64,000 bases of DNA from Rhodospirillaceae bacterium (lineage in GTDB: Bacteria > Pseudomonadota > Alphaproteobacteria > Rhodospirillales > UBA2165), in the NCBI GenBank assembly GCA_002723345.1, contig PBNV01000031.1, forward strand, positions 115,953 through 179,952, given 5' to 3'. Position numbers and translations under genes: made by a program. Position 1 is the first letter of the stretch. Each line of letters begins with the position of its first letter. Below, in pieces: positions 57,033-64,000 of this stretch. The notes below the pieces were generated by a model. It was not told the DNA's origin, did not search any database, and saw only the letters and a program-made list of their open reading frames with translations.

Positions 57033-58367
57033 ATGTCTCACCAAGACCTTCTCAAGCGTATTACAGATAATACAGCTATCATCGGTGTGATCGGCATGGG
57101 GTATGTTGGTTTGCCTCTTGCTATTACTTTTGCAGACAAAGGGTTTTCCGTCGTCGGCCTTGATGTTGATCCAGATAAGGTCAAGAGTTTGAATGCTGGA
57201 ATTTCTTACATCAGACATGTCCCTGGCGAGAGCATTTCTCGTCATGTGGAAGGCGACCGTATTAATGCGACCATCGATTTTACTGCGCTGGCCGATGTTG
57301 ATGCTATTCTTATCTGTGTACCGACCCCTCTTAACGGGAACAGGGAGCCAGATTTAAGTTATGTTGAGTCGACGGCTCAGATGATTGTTCCTCATTTGAG
57401 AGAGGGCCACTTAATCGTGCTCGAGTCGACTACATATCCAGGCTGCACGGATAGTTTATTAAAGCCTATTCTTGAACAAGGTGGGATGAAGTCAGGCGAG
57501 GACTTTTACCTTGCTTATTCGCCAGAGAGGGAAGATCCAGGAAATCCTGAATTTGCAACGTCGCGCATTCCAAAAGTGGTCGGAGGCGATGGTGCTCAGG
57601 CTCTTGAAACAGCAACTGCACTTTACGATCAAATTGTTGTTGGGACTGTTCCCGTGTCATCCATGGACGTTGCCGAGGCTGTAAAACTCACAGAAAATAT
57701 TTTCCGTTCAGTGAACATTGCGCTCGTAAACGAACTCAAGGCGATCTATGAAAAAATAGGCATTAATATCTGGGAAGTTATTGAGGCGGCAAAAACAAAG
57801 CCATTTGGGTACATGCCATTTTATCCCGGACCAGGACTGGGCGGGCACTGTATCCCCATTGACCCCTTCTATCTCTCGTGGCGTGCTAAGCAGGCCGGTG
57901 AGTCAACACGGTTCATCGAGCTCGCTGGTGAAATAAATACTGCAATGCCAGAAAAGGTAATAAATACACTTGAGCAGGCCCTTCAGGACCAATTCAATCA
58001 ACCATTAAAAGGTGCAAGTATTTTACTAATAGGACTGGCGTATAAGAAAAATGTCGATGACACACGCGAAAGTCCTGCGTTTTCATTAATCGAGATTATG
58101 GAAACTCGCGGTGCGAATGTCCAATATTATGATCCCCATATCCCTGAGATTCCTATTACACGTGAATACGCGCATTTGGCGGGGCGTCGCTCACTTGATT
58201 TGGACGGTAAAAATAATGCTGACTTCGATGCATTGCTCATTTGTACAGATCACGATGCCATAGATTTTGTAAAAATTACGGAGGGTCAAAAGTTGATCAT
58301 AGATACCCGCGATGCAATTTCCCGATCGGAGGTTACATTGAATGAGAACCAAGTAGTTAGAGCGTAG
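57033..58367 (+). CDS. Nucleotide-sugar dehydrogenase (UDP-GlcNAc/ManNAc 6-dehydrogenase type)
   Basis: GVIGMGYVGLPLA Rossmann fold, the catalytic region GPGLGGHCIPIDP, and LGLAYKKNVDDTRESPA. The start is moved to the ATG at 57033. Confidence 0.85.
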   Translation: MSHQDLLKRITDNTAIIGVIGMGYVGLPLAITFADKGFSVVGLDVDPDKVKSLNAGISYIRHVPGESISRHVEGDRINATIDFTALADVDAILICVPTPLNGNREPDLSYVESTAQMIVPHLREGHLIVLESTTYPGCTDSLLKPILEQGGMKSGEDFYLAYSPEREDPGNPEFATSRIPKVVGGDGAQALETATALYDQIVVGTVPVSSMDVAEAVKLTENIFRSVNIALVNELKAIYEKIGINIWEVIEAAKTKPFGYMPFYPGPGLGGHCIPIDPFYLSWRAKQAGESTRFIELAGEINTAMPEKVINTLEQALQDQFNQPLKGASILLIGLAYKKNVDDTRESPAFSLIEIMETRGANVQYYDPHIPEIPITREYAHLAGRRSLDLDGKNNADFDALLICTDHDAIDFVKITEGQKLIIDTRDAISRSEVTLNENQVVRA

Positions 58368-58877
58368 CCCTCATTCAGGGTGTATTAGCCGAGAATTTCA
58401 TTATTACATCCGGATGCAGTATCTCATTCCCTTGACTTTCATATTTTTGTTTAGGCACATGCTTTATTGATGATAGTTGGATAACAAATACTGTTGTAAT
58501 TGTTCGTCTATCAATAGGTTTACGAAAAGAATAAGTATGCAGTTCTGTCCCAACCAAAAAAACAGGGATGCGGAGTTCAAAAAAAATTGAAGCAATTTAT
58601 TTTTGCCAAATTTCGGTGTACTGGGCCAAAATATTGAAACAACCCGGAAAACTGCATACAAAGGATGACTTGGTTGAAGACGATTGTAGTTTGTTACTCT
58701 AAAAACGTCTGTTCTCAAATGTTTGCAGTATTGCAAGCTAACCTAATACAGTATTTTTCTTTTGCCTTGAGTTCTCCGCAGCGTTGAATAATTTATGTTC
58801 AATCAACTAACGTCATCCTCGCTCACACAATGTTGCGCATTTTTTTCATTATCCCTTAAATGCTTGGCTCTCGTTGA

Positions 58878-60149
58878 GTGAGGTACTCAAAGTCACGTCA
58901 AAATCACCTACTAGGGCTAGCGTTGTCGTTAGTCCTTCCGTTAGGTGTATTTGCACCCAAGGGGCTTGCTCCACTTTTTATTATAACGTTTTTTATAATA
59001 GCAACCTATCTCCCTCGCTTCGGAGTTATTACTGCTTGGGTGCGATTAGGTAGGACGAGCGAGTTATCTTTTGCGATCGCGACTATATTTTTGATCGGTG
59101 TTGCCTCTTCAGCCTGGTCTGTCACCCCACAGAAATCTTTTTGGGCCGCTATTACAGTCGGTGCAATGCTTTTTATGGGCGTTGCCGTTTCTAGAATTGG
59201 ATCCTCTATATCGGCTGAAGATCGTAAAATTATTGAAAAATATATTTTTTTTGGAGCACTTTGCGGCTTTGTCCTGCTGGGTACTGAATATTTAACTAAT
59301 TCATTTCTAACCAGACACATACTACTATTTTCAGGCAAAGATGTGCTGCCCCAAACAGATCTCAGCCACCGACTAAATGCCGCGAGTTCAGTTGGAGCAA
59401 TACTTATTTGGCCATGGTTTCTATTTTTATTTCGGAATTTCAGTTTTGCTCTTGCAGTAGTTATTGCTGGGGCATCTGTCTCCATTTTTGCATTTAGTCA
59501 CGCGAGTGCCCCGGCGGTTTCTGTTCTTATAGGGTGCGTGGTCTTCTTGGTGAGTTACTTATTTTATCGCCAAATATCTGTGGTCTTTGGATTGCTCGTT
59601 GTTACCGCGATTTTTTTTATGCCCTTGGGCCCAAAATTAATAGCCTCGCCTACCGAGTTGGGCAGTAGTTCACATTTTTTACCTCATTCTAGTGTGCACC
59701 GTTTGTTTATTTGGCAGACTACAATCAAACATATCGAAGATAGACCAATTTTGGGCCATGGATTTGATACAGCAAGGTCGTTTTACGATAAAAAAAATCT
59801 TGAGGTAATTGAATTTTTTCCAGGTCAGCCCCGTAAGTCATTCAAAAACTTTTTTGAGCCAATTCCCCTTCATCCGCACAATGGTGTACTTCAAATTTGG
59901 CTCGAAATGGGTGTGCTTGGCGCGCTGGCACTCGTGGTTATTTTGTTGGCGATAATAAGAGTAATACATATAAATTGCCAGAATGCCGCCGAGGTTGCTA
60001 TGGCCTATTCAACACTATCATCTGCCTTGGTTCTTGTTTCCGTGAGTTTTGGAATTTGGCAAAATTGGTGGCTGGCTGCTCTAATGTTGATCGGACTTCT
60101 ATCAGTTTTCTCAAATCTGACAAGCCGGAAAAACTCTTTGAAGAGTTAA
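58878..60149 (+). CDS. O-antigen ligase / Wzy_C-family membrane protein
   Basis: 423 aa, polytopic, with a periplasmic-loop motif GHGFDTARSF and PLHPHNGVLQIWLEMGVLG typical of the family. AT-rich. Confidence 0.7.
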   Translation: MRYSKSRQNHLLGLALSLVLPLGVFAPKGLAPLFIITFFIIATYLPRFGVITAWVRLGRTSELSFAIATIFLIGVASSAWSVTPQKSFWAAITVGAMLFMGVAVSRIGSSISAEDRKIIEKYIFFGALCGFVLLGTEYLTNSFLTRHILLFSGKDVLPQTDLSHRLNAASSVGAILIWPWFLFLFRNFSFALAVVIAGASVSIFAFSHASAPAVSVLIGCVVFLVSYLFYRQISVVFGLLVVTAIFFMPLGPKLIASPTELGSSSHFLPHSSVHRLFIWQTTIKHIEDRPILGHGFDTARSFYDKKNLEVIEFFPGQPRKSFKNFFEPIPLHPHNGVLQIWLEMGVLGALALVVILLAIIRVIHINCQNAAEVAMAYSTLSSALVLVSVSFGIWQNWWLAALMLIGLLSVFSNLTSRKNSLKS

Positions 60150-60311
60150 AAATATCGCTTTTCTATCGGCTCAGGTCCCAAAAATTCTGAGCCAGAGCGA
60201 TCCGTCAATAAGAAGTTTTTGTGCAGGCGCTGATGTACAAAAGAACTTGACGTTCATGTCGTGAACCAGTTACTGTTCGGACGATGAACGCTATGTTTAC
60301 ACACCCTCAAT

Positions 60312-60989
60312 ATGATTTCTGTCGAATTAATGATTAATCGCGCAAGAAGTACTGTGCCGGACAATTCAGATTCAGCTATTATCCTGAAGTTGTTAAGCGC
60401 AATAGAAAATAATAGTGCGTTAACGCAAAGAAGCCTCGCCAAAGAATTAGGCATTGCTCTGGGATTAGCGAATGCTTACATGAAGCGGTGCGCAAAAAAG
60501 GGACTCATCAAGATCCAGCAGGTGCCGGCTAATCGATACGCTTATTATCTAACACCAAACGGGTTCTCTGAAAAAAGTCGTCTGACCACAGAATATCTCT
60601 CTCAGTCGTTCCTAGTGTTCAGGCGCGCTAAGGAGGAATATTCGAGGATTCTCTCTCTGTGTGTCGCGCATGGAAAGAATAAAATTGCTGTGTTTGGGGG
60701 TTCCGACTTAAGTGAGATTATATTAATTTGCGCTCGAGACTTTCCAGTTGAGCTTGTCGGCATTGTTAAGCAAGGTGAAACGAGCAGCAAATACTCGGGC
60801 ATACCCGTTAAAAACAGCGTTGCTGATCTAAGCGAATTTGATGTTATTTTGTTTGCCGAGCTTGTGGATCCCCAAAGCTCCTATGAGAGCCTAGCCAGTG
60901 TGGTCGGCAGTGGTAGGGTTTTGGCGCCTGAGTTTCTGAACATATCGACTGATCGTATCCTCAAAAATTCATTGGAGAGCGACGAGTGA
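60312..60989 (+). CDS. Winged-helix (MarR-like, EPS-associated) regulator with an extra C-terminal Rossmann-like domain
   Basis: The N-terminus ILKLLSAIENNSALTQRSLAKELGIALGLANAYMKRCAKKGLIKIQQVPANRYAYYLTPNG is a wHTH. The C-terminal approximately 110 aa (KIAVFGGSDLSEIILICARDF...) are unassigned. Confidence 0.6.
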   Translation: MISVELMINRARSTVPDNSDSAIILKLLSAIENNSALTQRSLAKELGIALGLANAYMKRCAKKGLIKIQQVPANRYAYYLTPNGFSEKSRLTTEYLSQSFLVFRRAKEEYSRILSLCVAHGKNKIAVFGGSDLSEIILICARDFPVELVGIVKQGETSSKYSGIPVKNSVADLSEFDVILFAELVDPQSSYESLASVVGSGRVLAPEFLNISTDRILKNSLESDE

Positions 60990-61489
60990 GTAGTTGGTGC
61001 GTTGTCTATACCCAAGCGCAAAGCGAAGCTACGGCAGCCAGGCATCTGCGGCGCCAAGGCTTTGATGTTTATCTTCCCGAATATTACAAAATGCGTCGGC
61101 ACGCCCGAAAAAGAGAGAGAGTAAAATCACCGCTATTTTCTCGATATCTTTTTGTTGCTCTGGACATGACCAGGGACAGATGGCGAGCGATCAATTCTAC
61201 GATCGGTGTAAGTCATCTCATTTGTTGTGGAGATCGTCCGCAGGCCATATCAGAGGGGGTAATTGCTAGTATCCGGAATAGAGAAGATAGAAGTGGAATG
61301 GTTGCTTTAAACACGGTTGATGATCTTAAATCGGGTGATGCGGTGCAGATCCAGCATGGCGCTTTTTGTGACCAGATTGGAATTCTTGATTGTGTCACTA
61401 ATGAAGAGCGGGTTCGTGTACTTCTCAATTTACTGGGTAGGTCAGTTAAATTGAACCTGCCTGTCGAGTCCATAGTGGCCTATAGCTGA
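60986..61489 (+). CDS. NusG-family paralog (RfaH/UpxY-like operon-specific antiterminator candidate)
   Basis: 167 aa. NGN-like N-terminus WCVVYTQAQSEATAARHLRRQGFDVYLPEY...PLFSRYLFVALD, and KOW-like GDAVQIQHGAFCDQIGIL. Its GTG start overlaps the upstream stop (GTGA). Confidence 0.75.
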   Translation: MSSWCVVYTQAQSEATAARHLRRQGFDVYLPEYYKMRRHARKRERVKSPLFSRYLFVALDMTRDRWRAINSTIGVSHLICCGDRPQAISEGVIASIRNREDRSGMVALNTVDDLKSGDAVQIQHGAFCDQIGILDCVTNEERVRVLLNLLGRSVKLNLPVESIVAYS

Positions 61490-61545
61490 TTTAGCTATTG
61501 GCGCTATTTTGGTTTTTAGTGTCCTGGGGGCGGAGCCACCTGGAC

Positions 61546-61557
61546 TGCGGTAGCGTG
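61546..61557 (+). promoter_or_regulatory. ops-like element (TGCGGTAGCGTG)
   Basis: It matches the E. coli ops 12-mer GGCGGTAGCGTG at 11 of 12 positions, and the consensus GGCGGTAGnnTG at 9 of its 10 fixed positions. It lies on the non-template strand in the 94-nt gap between the NusG paralog and the first sugar-modification gene. Comparable near-matches also occur by chance elsewhere in the window. Confidence 0.35.
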
Positions 61558-61583
61558 GAAAATAACATGACGGAAAATACTAC

Positions 61584-62027
61584 ATGACTGACCAGGTAAC
61601 CTATTTCCAGGCCAATGTTGCGGTGGACGACAGAGGCATGCTTCAATTTTGTAACGATTTTGACATGTCCGCTGTTAAACGCTTTTATGTGGTATCCAAC
61701 CATCAGTCTCAGTTTGTCAGAGCTTGGCATGCGCACAAAATTGAGAGAAAATTCGCTTATGTTGTCTCTGGTTCCGCATTGTTCTGTATTGTTCAGATCG
61801 ATGATTGGGAAAAGCCCGACCCAAATTTACAGGTACAAAGGCAAACTTTAAGCTATGCACAACCCGGGGTGTTGGAGATTCCGGGAGGCTTCGCTCATGG
61901 GTTTAAAACGTTGGTTCCCGATACAAAAGTGATCTTCTTTTCAAGCTCGACACTACAGGAGAGCGCGGAGGACGACTTTCGCTATCCTTACGACTATTGG
62001 AACCCCTGGTCTATAGTGCCTCGTTAA
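61584..62027 (+). CDS. RmlC-like cupin (sugar-nucleotide epimerase/isomerase family)
   Basis: 147 aa with DDRGMLQF, RAWHAHK, and IPGGFAHGF, resembling the dTDP-4-dehydrorhamnose epimerase / WxcM-type cupin fold. Confidence 0.6.
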   Translation: MTDQVTYFQANVAVDDRGMLQFCNDFDMSAVKRFYVVSNHQSQFVRAWHAHKIERKFAYVVSGSALFCIVQIDDWEKPDPNLQVQRQTLSYAQPGVLEIPGGFAHGFKTLVPDTKVIFFSSSTLQESAEDDFRYPYDYWNPWSIVPR

Positions 62028-62078
62028 TAAGCTCTCAATCCGCTAAACCTAGATCGAAAAAAAACAGGACAGACTGCC

Positions 62079-63500
62079 TTGCTACAGGACTTTGAGATAT
62101 TGCCGGCCCGGTCCCTCTCACCCCAGAAAACAATAGCGGATGCTCTTGAGCAGATCGGTGACCGTTATGGCGCAATCGTCACAGTCGCGGATAATGACAA
62201 TCGACTGCTTGGCGTCGTTTCAGCAGGTGATCTGCGCAAAAATATATTAAACGGTAACGGGGTTGATACTCCTCTTAACCAGGTAATGAACAGCGAGCCT
62301 ATCACCATTACCGACATAGATGTTAACAATCTAGAGAGCTTCAACCGCGTATCAGAGCGCATTAAAAACTTATATAATTTAGGCAACATGATGTATGCCT
62401 TGGTTCCGGTGGTGGGGAAGGATAAAAAAATTGTCGGCCTCGCCAGCCTGCAGTCGCTAGAGCGGCATCTTTCCGATCTAGACATTACGGTATCTCGCAA
62501 AAGTGCCCTGGTGGTTGGCGGAGCCGGCTTTATTGGATCCGCTTTGACACTTATGATGATCGAGGAAGGCTGGTCCGTTAAGGTCCTGGATAATTTCTTC
62601 TATGGCCAGAACTCTCTGGACCGTATCAACAGTGACAGGCTCTCGGTTATCCGCGGAGATGCAAAAAGCATCGACACCATCGTCGAGGCGGTTGATGGTG
62701 TGGATGCGGTGATTTATCTCGCGAAATTGGTAGGCGATCCAGCCGTTTCTGTCGCGCCACAGACAGCGCTGAAAACCAATTATCTAGCTGTCACGACACT
62801 GGCAAATCTTTGCGCCTACCTGAATATAAATCGGTTTGTTTACACGTCGTCATGCAGCGTTTACGGAGCCAGTGAAAATCCTGACGCTCTCCTGGATGAG
62901 GGTTCGGTTATTGCTCCAGTCAGTCTATATGGCAAGATCAAGCTGATGGTCGAGGAGGCCGTTCTCTCCGCCGCGCGACTGCCCAATCCGTCCTTTGCGC
63001 CGACAATATTAAGGCTAGCGACAGCGTTTGGATATTCGGAAAGGTGCCGATTCGACCTTGTTGTGAATACCTTCGTGAAAGAAGCCTTTACTAAAGGACG
63101 GATCGAACTTTTTGGCGGCAACCAGTGGCGACCCCAGGTTCACATCAAAGACATATCGCAGGCAATCTTGAAGGTCCTTGACGCTCCTCTTGAGGACGTT
63201 CGCTCCCAGATCTTCAATGTTGGAAGCACGCAGAATAACCATACAATCAATGAACTGGGTGATTTCATTGAGGAATTATTTCCCGATGTGAAGCTGGTTC
63301 GAAATGAGGCTAAAGCGGATATTCGGAATTATCGGGTAAATTGCGATAAAATAGGACGTATTTTGGGTTTCAATGCAAAATATTCCGTTATAGATGGTAT
63401 GGCAGAACTAAAAGCCGCACTTGAGAATGGCGAGATGGGTAATGTCGAGGACGCGAAATACAGCAATTTTGCCTCGGCGCGAGACTTGGAACTTAATTGA
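62079..63500 (+). CDS. CBS-pair domain fused to an NAD-dependent sugar epimerase/dehydratase (extended SDR)
   Basis: 473 aa. The N-terminal approximately 140 aa contain two CBS-like units (GAIVTVADNDNRLLGVVSAGDLRK; ALVPVVGKDKKIVGLASLQSLE). Then come VVGGAGFIGSAL, SSCSVYG, and the YGKIK catalytic motif. TTG start. Confidence 0.75.
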   Translation: MLQDFEILPARSLSPQKTIADALEQIGDRYGAIVTVADNDNRLLGVVSAGDLRKNILNGNGVDTPLNQVMNSEPITITDIDVNNLESFNRVSERIKNLYNLGNMMYALVPVVGKDKKIVGLASLQSLERHLSDLDITVSRKSALVVGGAGFIGSALTLMMIEEGWSVKVLDNFFYGQNSLDRINSDRLSVIRGDAKSIDTIVEAVDGVDAVIYLAKLVGDPAVSVAPQTALKTNYLAVTTLANLCAYLNINRFVYTSSCSVYGASENPDALLDEGSVIAPVSLYGKIKLMVEEAVLSAARLPNPSFAPTILRLATAFGYSERCRFDLVVNTFVKEAFTKGRIELFGGNQWRPQVHIKDISQAILKVLDAPLEDVRSQIFNVGSTQNNHTINELGDFIEELFPDVKLVRNEAKADIRNYRVNCDKIGRILGFNAKYSVIDGMAELKAALENGEMGNVEDAKYSNFASARDLELN

Positions 63501-63533
63501 GCCGGTTCGGAATTAAACAATAGGCCCGAAATT

Positions 63534-64000
63534 GTGACAGATACATTTATACCTTATGCTAGGCAAAGCCTGACTGAAGATGACATCGCCGCGGTTGTCG
63601 ATGTGCTTCGAGGCAATTGGTTGACCCAAGGGCCCAACATTGTCGCGTTCGAAGAGGCTGTGGCTACACGTGTCGGTGCCGATTTTGCCGTCGCGGTTGC
63701 CACCGGCACTGCTGCTTTGCATTGCGCCTGCTACGCTGCGGGCGTCGGGCCCGGCGACAATATAATAACGTCTCCGATCACTTTTGCGGCTAGTGGTAAT
63801 TGTGCACTGTACTTAGGGGCAGACGTAAAGTTTGTGGATATTCGGCCTGACACCTACTGCTTCGATCCGGAAAAGCTGGAAGCGGCGATCACACCTGAAA
63901 CGAGGGCGATCGTGCCCATCGACTATACTGGACAACCCTGCGACATCGATCCAATCAATGAAATCGCCAAGCGTCACGGTATTGCGGTTATCCAGGATTC
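63534..64000 (+). CDS. DegT/DnrJ/EryC1/StrS-family PLP-dependent sugar aminotransferase (PseC-like); 3' end outside the window
   Basis: My translation from the GTG at 63534 is VTDTFIPYARQSLTEDDIAAVVDVLRGNWLTQGPNIVAFEEAVATRVGADFAVAVATGTAALH...ITFAASGN. It is not in the track because there is no stop in the window. Confidence 0.85.
   Translation, partial: MTDTFIPYARQSLTEDDIAAVVDVLRGNWLTQGPNIVAFEEAVATRVGADFAVAVATGTAALHCACYAAGVGPGDNIITSPITFAASGNCALYLGADVKFVDIRPDTYCFDPEKLEAAITPETRAIVPIDYTGQPCDIDPINEIAKRHGIAVIQD

Overview
This is a 64-kb chromosomal window that looks alphaproteobacterial from its gene order: glnK-amtB, ffs-dnaX-ybaB-recR, IalB-rlmN, tesA/ybbA/ybbP-like, hemC-hemD-mic60-hemY, tsaD/gpsA, and rsmB followed by heparinase II/III. 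Most of it is housekeeping sequence at roughly 55-60% GC, estimated from hand counts of a few 60-nt lines. Three patches are visibly AT-richer. The first (13.3-14.9 kb) holds a lone JmjC/cupin hydroxylase gene. The second (about 32.3-40.2 kb) is an accessory island that ends exactly at the 3' end of a tRNA-Thr(CGU). The third (about 58.4-64 kb) is a surface-polysaccharide locus.

The most interesting content is the island. It carries a tightly packed minus-strand operon: a TagF-like glycerophosphotransferase, an XRE-HTH fused to a LicC/PntC-like cytidylyltransferase, PhnD, PhnC, and a PhnD-PhnE fusion. A membrane-anchored sulfatase/LtaS/EptA-superfamily enzyme converges on it. I read this as a possible import, CMP-activation and transfer module for decorating the envelope with a scavenged phosphonate or phosphoester. 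Its phnC carries an in-frame TGA exactly at the first Walker-A glycine codon.

Other notable points:
- A single ORF joins HemD to an alphaproteobacterial Mic60 (mitofilin)-like protein.
- An ops-like 12-mer lies in the gap right after a NusG/RfaH paralog and just ahead of the sugar-nucleotide genes.
- The supplied ORF track misses or obscures three genes: an SRP RNA overlapped by the long dnaX call, a tRNA overlapped by the TagF-like call, and a 54-aa DUF1674/SDHAF4-like gene.
- A uracil-DNA-glycosylase-family gene appears truncated.
- There is an orphan J-domain protein.

I saw no CRISPR array, integrase, transposase or obvious defence genes. All calls rest on reading motifs by eye. No searches or computations were run.
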